Part shown: piece after piece, positions 36,373-47,399 of the stretch | Numbering within the stretch: position 1 is the stretch's first letter | How the letters are laid out: the number at the start of each line of letters is the position of its first letter | Assembly: GCA_032718475.1 (NCBI GenBank) | Contig: JAUCBJ010007099.1 | Span: forward strand, 1-47,399 | Reading direction: 5' to 3' | Origin: Nemertoderma westbladi | Lineage: Eukaryota > Animalia > Xenacoelomorpha | DNA: 47,399 nt | The notes under the pieces: model-generated | Seen by the model: the letters and a program-made list of their open reading frames with translations, nothing else | The model's database searches: none | What the model was told of the DNA's origin: nothing | Program-made: the position numbers and the translations under genes

Positions 36373-36616
36373 TGGGAATCAAATACTTTAGTAATAGTGT
36401 TTGTTTTAAAGCAGAATGACGCCCCCCACTCCCCTGTATACATATTATTTCAACAAATATTAAGAAATCAAATCGAATATATAATTTTTTGGAAAAGTTT
36501 CCTGATAAAAAACTTGATTTACATTTGCATATTGATTGCCTCGATACATTTATAGAAAGAGCAAGATTTATAATCAGTATAACTTCAATGAAGTCTCTAC
36601 TAAATGTCTATACAAT

Positions 36617-38227
36617 TTAATTTTGGAGAAGGCGTTCGCGGTTGTTGCGGCAGTAATCTTTTATGTTTCTCCATGTCCTAGATTGTAGAATTGGGTCACT
36701 TTTCTGGAGATTTTCAATCTCCCTTTTCCCAGGAAGCCTACGATGAAGTGTGCAGCGTAGACTGATAAGAGCGGCTATTTCGTCTGGTAACCACTTTTTC
36801 TTTATGATAGGAGACTTCCCTTTCCTTGGCGTGTAAGATTTCATCGGTGTTGGTGTGGGATCGACTTCTGGGTGGATATCATAGACGTCTTCCAACTCTT
36901 CCATGTCGCTCTCGGTTGTACTATAGACGACACAAATATCTACAATAGAAGATGCGGGGTTAACCCACTCCTTCAACTTCTGGCGACCCTGCCCCACTCA
37001 CTCCTTCAATCTCCGATGACCCTGCCCCACCCACTCCTTTAACCTCCGACAACCCTGCCCCACCCACTCCTTTAACCTCCGACAACCCTGCCCCACCCAC
37101 TCCTTCAACCTCCGACGACCCAGGTCCACTCACTCTTTCAACCTCCGACGACCCAGGTCCACTCACTCTTTCAACCTCCGACAACCCTTCTCCACCCACT
37201 CCTTCAACCTCCGACAACCCTGCCCCACCCACTCCTTTAACCTCCGACAACCCTGCCCCACCCACTCCTTTAACCTCCGACAACCCTGCCCCACCCACTC
37301 CTTTAACCTCCGACGACCCAGGTCCACTCACTCTTTCAACCTCCGACAACCCTTCTCCACCCACTCCTTCAACCTCCGACAACCCTGCCCCACCCACTCC
37401 TTTAACCTCCGATGACCCTGCCCCACCCACTCCTTTAACCTCCGACAACCCTGCCCCACCCACTCCTTTAACCTCCGACGACCCAGGTTCACTCACTCTT
37501 TCAACCTCCGACAACCCTTCTCCACCCACTCCTCCAACCTCCGACATCCCTGCCCCACCCACACCTTTAACCTCCGACAACCCTGCCCCACCCACTCCTT
37601 TAACCTCCGACAACCCTCCCCACCCACTCCTTTAACTTCCGACGACCCAGGTCCACTCACTCTTTCAACCTCCGACAACCCTTCTCCACCCACTCCTTCA
37701 ACCTCCGACAACCCTGCCCCACCCACTCCTTTAACCTCCGACAACCCTGCCCCACCCACTCCTTTAACCTCCGACAACCCTGCCCCACCCACTCCTTCAA
37801 CCTCCGACGACCCAGGTCCACTCACTCTTTCAACCTCCGACGACCCAGGTCCACTCACTCTTTCAACCTCCGACAACCCTTCTCCACCCACTCCTTCAAC
37901 CTCCAACGACCCTGCCCCACCCACTCCTTTAACCTCCGATGACCCTGCCCCACCCACTCCTTTAACCTCCGACAACTCTGCCCCACCCACTCCTTTAACC
38001 TCCGACAACCCAGCCCCACCTACTCCTTTAATCTCCGACAACTTAGGCACTTCATTATCACTCTGGATCTCTGCTTTATTGTCCAATCTTCTATTTGCTC
38101 TGCTTCTTTTTGGGTAAGATTTGATAACTTCAGTGATATTCCTCTTTCTTCTTGTTGTTTTCATTACCACTTCTCCTTCCTTATCAAACCCCATAAAGAT
38201 GTCAGCATCCATGTATATGACTTCCAA
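36617..38227 (-). pseudogene. Frameshifted ORF: 11-aa repeat tract plus C-terminal Myb/SANT-like helical domain
   Basis: Three overlapping ORF pieces (37493..38227, 36960..37613, 36617..36997); a short deletion at about 37617 shifts the frame. Confidence 0.5.
36962..38042. repeat. 33-bp minisatellite, about 33 copies with several unit variants
   Basis: Unit CCTGCCCCACCCACTCCTTTAACCTCCGACAAC (e.g. 37021, 37054), encoding GLSEVKGVGGA on the minus strand. Confidence 0.95.
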
Positions 38228-40208
38228 GTATATAGTGAACTATAATAAGACTGGTTAAGCGCAATAATTAATTCAGTATAAACATGACATACTTTATATA
38301 TAAAAAAAAATATGACGATTATATTTTCTATTAACACATTTTGTAAAAAGTAGCACTTTTTAGAGGTCGGTCAGAGTGTGTTTAATACCTGAACGAAGCG
38401 AGTGAGTGTTAGAAAAAAAGTAGCTCAGAACGCAATAAAATGCTTCTTTCTTATGTTTGTAATTTTCTATAATTATATCAACTTTACACATATAAACATG
38501 TTTGCACTTAACTTGAAATTGTAAATCCCAGGCATAACATATATATACATATATAAGTTCAACTTTTTGATCCTATGACAATTTTCCAAGAACTGTACAA
38601 AGTTGATATTATTAGAGAAAAACATTTAAAATAATACATAAGCCAACGTATCGTATGTTTTCAAATATATATATATATTTAGTACTAAAGAATTTAACTT
38701 GCTTAGTACCATAACATTTACCCTGTCATGCAATCATATGTATTCAATAGTATACATACATTACATACGGATTACACAGGAATATGTTGTGCCTGATTCA
38801 AACCGAGGACAATTGCATGAATACACAACGATAAACAGGGGACGATTTACAATCCGGGGACGTCCCCGGTATGAAATGGTAGCTAAAATACAATCTACAT
38901 CAACATCATGTTCTTCTCCATTATTCAGCACGTAATAAATGAATCTCTTATTAAAATGTAACAATTTAGAAACGAAATGATACATGTATTGTTTTTTCTT
39001 ATATATTAAGTAATTCAGAATTAAAGTATTAAACTATATTATCGACTGTATTAATGTTACGAACATCATGTAGGCCTAGTCAATAATATACTTTTAGGCC
39101 CTGCATACTGCGAAATTAAATGAATGTTTCTTAGGTTCAGTTATACATATTTATGTAAAGTTAATTGATCATTATCACAAATAGCAATAAAAATATTAAA
39201 ATATTTTGTTTCAAAATTGCAATGCTTTTCAAAGTAAACGCACCCTAAAATTAACTTCGTGCCTGACATACAGATCTACATACATACATGAAAACATTGT
39301 CTACTGGTTCAAAGCGGGGACAATTGCATGAATACACAACGACAAACCGGGGACGATCTACAATCCGCGGACGTCCCCGGAATGAATTGGTAGCAAAAAT
39401 GCAATCTACGTATGGTTTCCTCACATATTCAGTACGCAATCAAAATCATATTGCAGAGTTAGTTACGAATACAAGGGTTTGAAGATTATGGCTGCCTGCC
39501 CATTGAACCCTTTTATTACTCATCAAGAATGTTAGAGAACATTATTTGTTATCCAATCACATATCGTCTGACACGGCAGCACATTGTTTAATGTTTAATA
39601 TTCGGTAGAGTTAATGATTGTGTAAACTCTACCTGAAATGTGCTCAATCACACTGGGGACCGGATCGTGATTGGACAAAAAAATTAAACACACCAGAGAA
39701 ATGTGTATGTTTGAGGTCCCCACTTCAACCCATGAGTGACAAATTAGCAATCTTTAGAGTTGATAAATTTTGAAACAATAGAATGACGTAAAATGGTCTC
39801 CTGAGTCTATTGGTGCCAAAATAATTTAATTTAAACCAAGAATAAAGAAGTTATAAGGGAATCAATATCGACCCCAGAACCGACCGATAGAAATATCGGT
39901 CCCCAGAATGGGGGTTGTACAAAGAGGGGTGTGTCCAGGACGGCGTCACACATTCCCCTGATCTACGGGCTTACGGCGGGCAAGGGCATCAAACAAAGTC
40001 TTACCTCCTCTGGCATGGGTGCTCTCAGGCTGTCGAGTCATGTTTCAAATGGGTGTGGGCGAATGGTGCGGGTTCCTTTATGCAATGTGGACATTCCTCC
40101 CCCTTGCGTTGCTGTGTCCTAAAGATTTAGGCAGCCATTCCTCAAAGCGTTTGACTGTTCAAGATAGATACGCTAAAAGCTACATGTTATAAGTTTGCAG
40201 TATATTTA

Positions 40209-40926
40209 GGGGGGGGGGGGGGGGGGTACACCATTTTGGTCAAAAAAATGTCGAATTTTTTTTATGATCCATTATAATGCACCATTATTTGTTTCCAAAT
40301 CTGAAAACCGCTATTTAATAGCTCTTTTAGTTTTCAAGTTATAACAAATTTCATTTAGGGAGACCTATAGAAATTACTTTTATTATGTATAATGAAAGGT
40401 CGATTATCTCCAAATATTTTTTTTATGAAATTGTTAACTTCAAAACCCTACTAATTCTACAATTTTTGAGCAATTACACTGAAACTTTCTGTGGGTGTCT
40501 AGATAGCCACCCTGCATAAAAGTATCAGGCCACTTTTCGAAATTTTTTGTTAATAAATTTTAATACTATTTAAAACAAATCTAAAAATTTAGCATAAATT
40601 TGCAGCGCCACCTAGCGGTGCATAATTATTATCACAAAATTTCGCCTGATAGTTATGTTGCCCCATCTTTGATCTATCATATAAAAAAACTTTCATGTGA
40701 TTAGATTCAAAACTCTAAAAGCCTTAGGGTTTTAAGCGCAACCAAGTTTTTTTTATTGTTAACTAGTATTAACTAATATTAAATAGCGAAAATTTTTTTT
40801 TCTAACCTATCATGTAGAATAGCATCTTAGGCACCTATATTCAAAATTTTACTCAAAACCGAACAATTTTGAAACGCTGAGAGTAATAAACCGAAGAGTT
40901 GTCCGAAAATGGTGTACCCACCCCCC
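40209..40926. mobile_element. MITE with terminal inverted repeats
   Basis: poly-G-GTACACCATTTT.G.CAA at the left; TTG.C.AAAATGGTGTACCCA-poly-C at the right; TA on both flanks. Confidence 0.75.
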
Positions 40927-41292
40927 TAAAAGTAAGTAACCAAATATTTATCGAATTAAACTAAATAAACTTTACAAAATAATGCAAGAATAAAGTGTAA
41001 ATTAAGAGTGATAACTAGGATTAAACAATGAGACTAGAATGATAAACGAAGGGCAAACGGCACCTTATATAGGAAATCGTAAGCATAGAATCGCACTAGA
41101 ACATTCTACCACATTCCATGGGCTCGCATTGGACCCATAAATTATTAAACACCTATGATTGGCCCAACTAATCAGTTCATGTGTTGTACGCACTCCATTG
41201 GCTTATCTAAACTTAACGAAACGTCACATTAAGCCGTCACGTAAAGGGCGTCACATTTAGCCGTTTTGTCGGGATGTTCGAGCCGAAAAAGC

Positions 41293-41918
41293 TTAGTTAG
41301 CGTCATGGTTGCGTCCGCACAGAGGACAAGTGTCGTCTCCCAGACAGTCCTTTCGGACGTGCCCAGGCATGGTACATTTCCAACAAGAATCCAACGGACG
41401 GATTTGGAGTCTTCTCTCCTCCACCCCTAGATCCTTGAAAGCGCGACATCCGTGCAACTTGTGTCCACCGTATCGTCCACCGTTCCTTTCGCAGAACTGG
41501 CATCCCATGAATTCTGCGGGCAGCTGTTGTCGTGATTGTTTAGCACCAATGGGTGTCAGAACCTTGGAGGTATCTGTCGGGGTAGCGTAGGTCATGGCCT
41601 TCGCGTTTGTCATTTGTTTAGTCCAGTTTGGTGCAGCAATTGTAATCTCTTCTGCTGCGATATGATGGTCCGTATAGTTCGACCGCGTCTCCACTACAGC
41701 CTCCTGTGAGATCAACTGGTAGACATCCGTCAGTCGCAACAATCCACCGGCCTCTTCTCGCCAGTACTCTACCCTGCGCCATTCTCGACACAGTCGATGA
41801 CGTCAGCCAACAATCCTAATCAGAACTGTCGTCGCGTTGGCGTACTCGAGTTGACCGATAGACCGCAAGGTTCCTATAGCGTTTTTAATCTCGTCCGCCA
41901 GTTGAAGAAGATCTATAG
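41293..41918 (-). pseudogene. BEL/Pao gag fragment from a third family
   Basis: DLLQLADEIKNAIGTLRSIG..., then knuckles CQFC...HKLHGC, CWKCTMPGHVRKDC and CPLCGRNH. Confidence 0.7.
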
Positions 41919-44112
41919 GTTTTGAAAAATATATTTTAAATCACGGTATTCAATCATAATAATATACTATTATTACATAGATATAATAAGCTCTTAGCCT
42001 ATGTGATATCTATATAGGCTATCTCCTAAATAAAACTGAGACGAGACAATAATAATACAATGAGGTGGAATTGTGTCAAGTTTTCCACTCTCATAGAATC
42101 CTCACGATACACTCATCTACGGAATTTCTAACTACTAATGTATTTCAATTTGTTTTTAGGATATTGTCGAAAACATAATACATATTTATGTAAAAATTGC
42201 GGTGGAAGCTGTGGGAAGTGCATTAAAGAATGAAAATAACCAAGTTTATCTCATCTGTGATTAATAATTCATTAATAGATTCAATAATAAAATTACTAAG
42301 TTCTTGTTGCTAATGGAGTTGTCAGTACTTTCTAAATTTCTAAAACTTAGAACGATTATCACGTTTGTAATAAAACTTGTCAAGTTGTTTCATTTTATTC
42401 GAACATACTTGTGTTGCAGACATTTTTAAAATAATATTGCATATATTATAATCCAATTATATTATAACTCAAAATTATAATTCTATATTATTGTCTATAT
42501 TATGTGCGGCCGGTAACCGTGAGGGTTAAGATTTGGTTTGTTTTCACTCGTTTTGAAGGGATGAATGTTTCGATCTAGATGTTGGGAAAAACTAGCTTCT
42601 TGTTCTTCCTTCCATGTATAATATAAATATCGTAGGTAATAAACAGTGACCAGTAATAGTACAAGTCTGAGTCTGATATTTGCACTGAGATACTAATAAT
42701 CGCCCTTTATACATAAGCCACATATACCGTTAAAACTAAAGCCGTCTCTCGGGTTCAATGGACACATGTGATTGAAATATAAATTGATATTACAGCAGTA
42801 TAAACTACTATAGCTGAGAGGGATTTGTGTTATTGCTATCCTGCCCAATGGGAGATCGCGTGTGCTACTCCGCCATTGGCTGTTGCCTTGACGATTGTTT
42901 GGTTAGTTTGCTGATTATATCCCTCTCTCACTATGTGTTGGCAATCGCTTGTGGTTAGTAAGCCGATGTCAATAGTAGGTTGATACATGCACCAATAATA
43001 ATATACACATAGGACAATATTTAGTACACAATGATAGCTTGCGCAGCCATCTAACTGTCCAGCTTGGTTACTTTGGCAAGGCTCCCTGATTGTAAGTTGA
43101 CCTTTCGGGTTGGCATGCAATCAGGGTGCTAACAGATTTTCCCACTTTGGTTAATACCTTACCTTGAGGTGACATATTTTTTTTGTCAGTGATGAAGTGC
43201 CTCACTTGAATTTCACGAGTAAATGGACATAGGGTCTCAGAAAAATCCTTTGCAGTTAATCTTTTAATGTTTGGATATCATGCCTAACATACTAAAGTAT
43301 CTGAAATGAGAAATTGGAAGCAAATTCCATTATGTGTGGGCTCATAGTACTTGCAAGTTGAAATTGACTACATTTTTTAACATTTTCCAAAATCTCGTGC
43401 GAATTTTGCCTACAATTAAGGCGAAAATACAGTCATTATAAATAACATTAATCCTAGTCTGTCTAATTGCCTGTGTAAGTGATGGTTCAACCTCGGTTGT
43501 AGTTAAGAAATAAATTAATTTTGGTTTCCTAGAGATCAATCAACTTCGTTAGAAAAAATAACAAAACGCTATTGCGAATTTCGTAATTCCGTAACGAAAA
43601 CATGACATTTTTTAAAATAGCTTTTAAACTACTCAACATGTGACATTTCAAATTTTAAATTCTCTTCCTCTAAGCGCTGGGCAATACGCAATTATTTTCC
43701 TTTTGTGGCAATGTGATATATAAGTCGAGATATTTGCGTTACGGAATTACAATTTCACGTTACGGAATTACAATATTCAATCGGTATGCAATAGAAACAT
43801 AGTAAAGTGAGCGTGAGTTGATTCCATTGGTTATCTGAGAACTGAAGTAGCAGGCTTCCATCCAATGCTAACATGTATTGTAACTGTAGGCCTACAATGC
43901 AATGTTGTTATTGAATGAAACTGAAACAAAATATGAGGGAGCTCCCTTAGTTAGTCAATTAGGAGCGTGCCGCAGCCAATGCCGTAAATATTCATCCCAG
44001 AACATGTATTTATTTAACATAACAAAAGTATTTATAAGTAGGCTATGTAGCAGTACCTTAATAGCGAGTGATAAGCATTTTTTTATCAGGGATTAATTAA
44101 ATAGTATTTAAT

Positions 44113-45047
44113 ATGGCCCCTAAGTCAAATGCACAACGTCAGCGTGAGTTCCGTGAACGTCATAAAGAGAGCTACAAGAAACATGATCGTGAGAGAAAAA
44201 GAAGTCTGCTATCACCAAGAGGTTTGAGGGAATTGCGAAGTAAAACTAACATTCGTGTCATTAAATGCCGTCAAAATAAAAAAAGTGGTGGAGTTATTGT
44301 GGGCACAGTTAGTCCTGTAAACGGTCAAAGTCATTCTTATTTGTGCCATCAGTCATTGGGGAAAGCTGTTGCTCGAGCCAAGCAGGCGTTGCCTAATAGC
44401 CCACGTAAATGGCGAGATGGTGTTCGAAAGCTGGCTATGGACCAAAAGCTTGTCAGGGAGAGAGAAGTTGATACCATTAATCGGCCACGGTTAGATGATC
44501 GAGTTATATTAAAAGTCAAGGAGCACTATCTATCCGACGAGATATCGCGACAGGCCCCAGGGAAAGCAGACGGTTTGACAGTCTATATCGATGGAGAGAA
44601 AGTAAAAAAACAAGAGACATATGGTTCTTACTTTAAGTGAGGCATATGAAGATTATAAGGAAAAACATCCTTCCATTGAGGATGATATAGGTTTTACAAA
44701 GTTTACTACACTGCGACCCTGCCATGTACTATTATCATCCCAACTCCCTCGAAACGTCTGCAATTGCATTTATCACCAAAACATTATAAGACTTCAGCAA
44801 GCCTTACATCGAGATCTACCAGCGACCTTCCCACTTTATTCTGATGATTTTATAAAGAGGTGTGTTTGTGATATCGATAACAAGAAATGTATGTCATCCA
44901 CCTACGATCTCTGCGAATGTAAATTTGAAATTAATTTCATTGAGAAAGTGACAAGTGGTCTTTTTCATGGTGGGAATGGAAAAAAATCTTAATGAGAATG
45001 GAACGCCCAAGTCGATGAGATCGATTTAACGATGTGAAGATATCCGT
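44113..45047 (+). pseudogene. Sola-type (Sola2-like) transposase N-terminal half, frameshifted and cut by an hATm insertion
   Basis: SLGKAVARAKQALPNSPRK, YLSDEISRQAPGK, L.EAY..YK...P...IGFTKF..LRP.HV and VCNCIYHQN. Possible GAG terminus at 43166. Confidence 0.6.
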
Positions 45048-47399
45048 TAGGGTAGATCGAAAAAAAATAATTTTAGAAATGGAACTTTTCCCTATGTTAG
45101 AAATGTGTGAAATTGCCTAAAACCACATAAAAATGTCACTTTCCCAATTTTTGACCATGCATGACCCCCGCACAATTAGTTCAAACAAACAACATTTTTT
45201 GCAAAACTATGTAAAATGAAATCATTTTGACAGAAATTTTTTTTTGAAATGTGAGTTTTCCCAGTGCTATAAGTGTATGAAATGGCATAAAACCGCAAAA
45301 ATCACCACTTTTCAAATTTTGACAAATGTAAGACCCCCGCACAAATAGTACAAACAAACAACAATTTTTAAAAAATATGCAAAATTAAATCATTTCGACA
45401 GAAATTTTGTTTTTTAAATATGACTCTTCCCAGTAGTGCTAGATGTATCAGAAATGGCCTAAAACTGCAAAAAAACACCACCTTTTCGAATTTTTATTTT
45501 TGAAAATGCAAGACCCCTGCACAATTAGTGCAAACAAACAACTTTTTTGGAAAACTACAGTATGTTGTGATATAATTATTATTAATTATTAGTTTTTGTA
45601 GCAGTTCCTTGTTTACCAACCCAAATCCATCATGTACTGTAATACACTTATATTTTATTTTCTACCGGGTAGTACTTAATAAGTATGGCGGGAAATTTAA
45701 ATTACAACATTTTGACTTCCAAAGACTAGGCCAAGGCCAACCAGAATGTTGAATTGCAAACGGAGCTGTACCTTCTATTTCAGGTAATGCAGCGATGCCG
45801 GCGATGGTACACATTACATAGGCCTACTTATCCACTCGGGCCTCCACATACAGTAATTTCAGTCTTAATTACAGTTTATTCAAACTCTATTCAAGTTGCT
45901 TCTTACAGTCCTATCTTAATAAAACCCTAACCCTATTTGAAACCACAATACTGCAGTACTGCACTGCTAGTAGATTTACTTTCGAATCAGATTTAGGCCT
46001 ACTTGCATCCCTCTGCTATACTACATACCTTTGTCCTACTGTATATTGAAATAAATATGTTTTGTAGTATTCTGTGTATTAGGCAATGGTAGGATGCTTC
46101 GATCTAATTCACAAAAGTATGAATACTTTGGTTATTCTAAAGAACTCGATGTCAATAAGACATCTGTTTTACCCACAGGATTTGATTGTGTTCAGCATAT
46201 CTTATTTTTACGGGAGCAGAAGAAACATGGAACTTATAATACATCTGTTGAATCTCGGGATTGCGCGTGTAAAGTAATGGCTATGTGGTTTAAAGCTGGA
46301 ATCCCTACGGTGAATTCTTCTACAAGGCTCGCAGAGCGGATTAAAAATATGTTTGACAAACGGGTTTTGCTAAACAAAATCCCAAATAATAGAGGGGAGA
46401 AAAATTTTAAGAAAGTTGAGGCTTATAAGAAAGAACTCGGAAAGTTACTAGATATTGCAGCTTGTAAATGTCCTAATAGTTATATTTGTAAATGTGAAAT
46501 ATCAAAAAAGATACCAGATTGTGAATGGCCATTTATAAAAGATCAAAGAACTCATCGTAAAATGGTGATTTCAAGTTCTATTGATGTGATTGAAACCGTT
46601 AAACGTAGGAAGTATTTCAAACGGAAACAGATAATTGTAAAGCAAAAAACTGGTGCCAAAAATCAATCAAACGACGAGAAACCGGATATTAATATAGCAG
46701 ATACAGGAGGGGCATCTGGAATTGAACCGATCGATATAAGTAGTACTGATACGGATGACTCCTCAGACAGTGAAGACTATCAATCCCAGATATCAAACTA
46801 CCATCTTGGACAGACCCCTGCTTCCGTCACTAAAGGATGTATGAATTCTAGTGTTTCCCTTTCTATTGTAAGTAAACTAGCAGATCGCCTTGAAGTTAGC
46901 GATGTAGCAACAGCAGCAATGGTCTCAGGAACTTTGCACGATATCGGCCTCAATGTTATAGTTGACAGAAATAAGATACGCCGTGAACGTGAGAAAAGTC
47001 GGGATCAGTTTAATAACCAAAAAAGTTCACCAATTGCTTTATTCTTCGATGGCAGGAAGGACAATACCTTGGTTGCACCTAGTGTAACTTCAAGAGAAGA
47101 ACATTGTTTTAGTTGAGGAACCGGGATCGGAATTTCTTGGCCATACCACCCCCAATTCCGGAAATGCTGCTGATATAGCATCTTCAATTATTTCATATTC
47201 TAATTCGAATTATATTTCATTGGATCATTTAAAATTAGGTGAGTCATTCGAAAAACGAAATTTTTACAATACATTATATAAATATTTACCGGCACTAATA
47301 TATAAAACAAACTAAATTATGTTTAATTCAGCGATTCCAATTTTTTTTTCCAGTTTTGAGGGATAACCTTGCAGGTCAACCTATTACACTCGGGGGTGG
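45048..47399 (+). mobile_element. hATm-type DNA transposon 2 (5' part)
   Basis: TAGGGTAGATCG terminus; about three subterminal 170-180-bp repeats (GACCCC.GCACAA at about 45163, 45332, 45512). Confidence 0.7.
46094..47235 (+). pseudogene. hATm-type transposase, frameshift near 47105
   Basis: WFKAGIPT, LLDIAACKC, EWPFIKDQR, ADRLEVSD, DRNKIRRER, FFDGRKDNTL, EEH; continues in another frame as VEEPGSEFLGHTTPNSGNAADIA. Homologous to 30872-33042. Confidence 0.75.

Larger units (their letters stand above)
35141..39926 (-). mobile_element. Probable Crypton-like (tyrosine-recombinase class) element remnant beside (TG)n
   Basis: (TG)n on the left and GTGTGT on the right; three copies of an about 110-bp GGGGAC/GTCCCC-rich repeat (35148, 38792, 39304); internal ORF ends in W..DE...PGK....L.SRTW..IKDY.RN. 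No recombinase core seen. Confidence 0.4.

Noticed and set aside
36962-38042. CRISPR-like 33-bp repeats
   Set aside because: Contiguous minisatellite with no spacers.
38699-39482. Paralogous short ORFs (RGRPRIV...)
   Set aside because: Translations of the non-coding 110-bp internal repeat.
45921-45936. Interstitial telomere repeat
   Set aside because: Only about two CCCTAA units.
47236-47399. Intron donor (GTGAGT) or a new TAGG-terminated insertion in hATm-2
   Set aside because: Cannot be distinguished at the window edge.

Overview
AT-rich eukaryotic (metazoan-type) DNA made almost entirely of nested transposable elements; I recognise no host gene. The centrepiece is a young, full-length BEL/Pao LTR retrotransposon (10005-22283, +). 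It has 1192-bp near-identical LTRs, an ACGAC TSD and an intact Gag-protease ORF, has lost RT, most of RNase H and integrase, and carries an extra 3' zinc-knuckle ORF. A diverged sister element lies at 1-5389 (-). Neither element has a tRNA primer-binding site. In each, the 12-13 nt right after the 5' LTR are the exact reverse complement of a site about 720-740 nt upstream inside its own LTR, and the two elements use different, co-varying sequences. This points to Tf1-style self-primed reverse transcription in a BEL/Pao lineage, with a conserved structured R/U5 RNA. Other content: two decayed Academ-type DNA transposons (one inside the other), a tRNA-promoter element fused to a minimal hammerhead ribozyme, a 2.2-kb solo LTR, two hATm-type elements, a Sola-type fragment, a 5'-truncated RTE LINE with TSD, a probable Crypton-like element beside a (TG)n tract with a coding 33-bp minisatellite, and several MITEs. 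Family assignments come from recalled motifs; no searches or folding programs were run.
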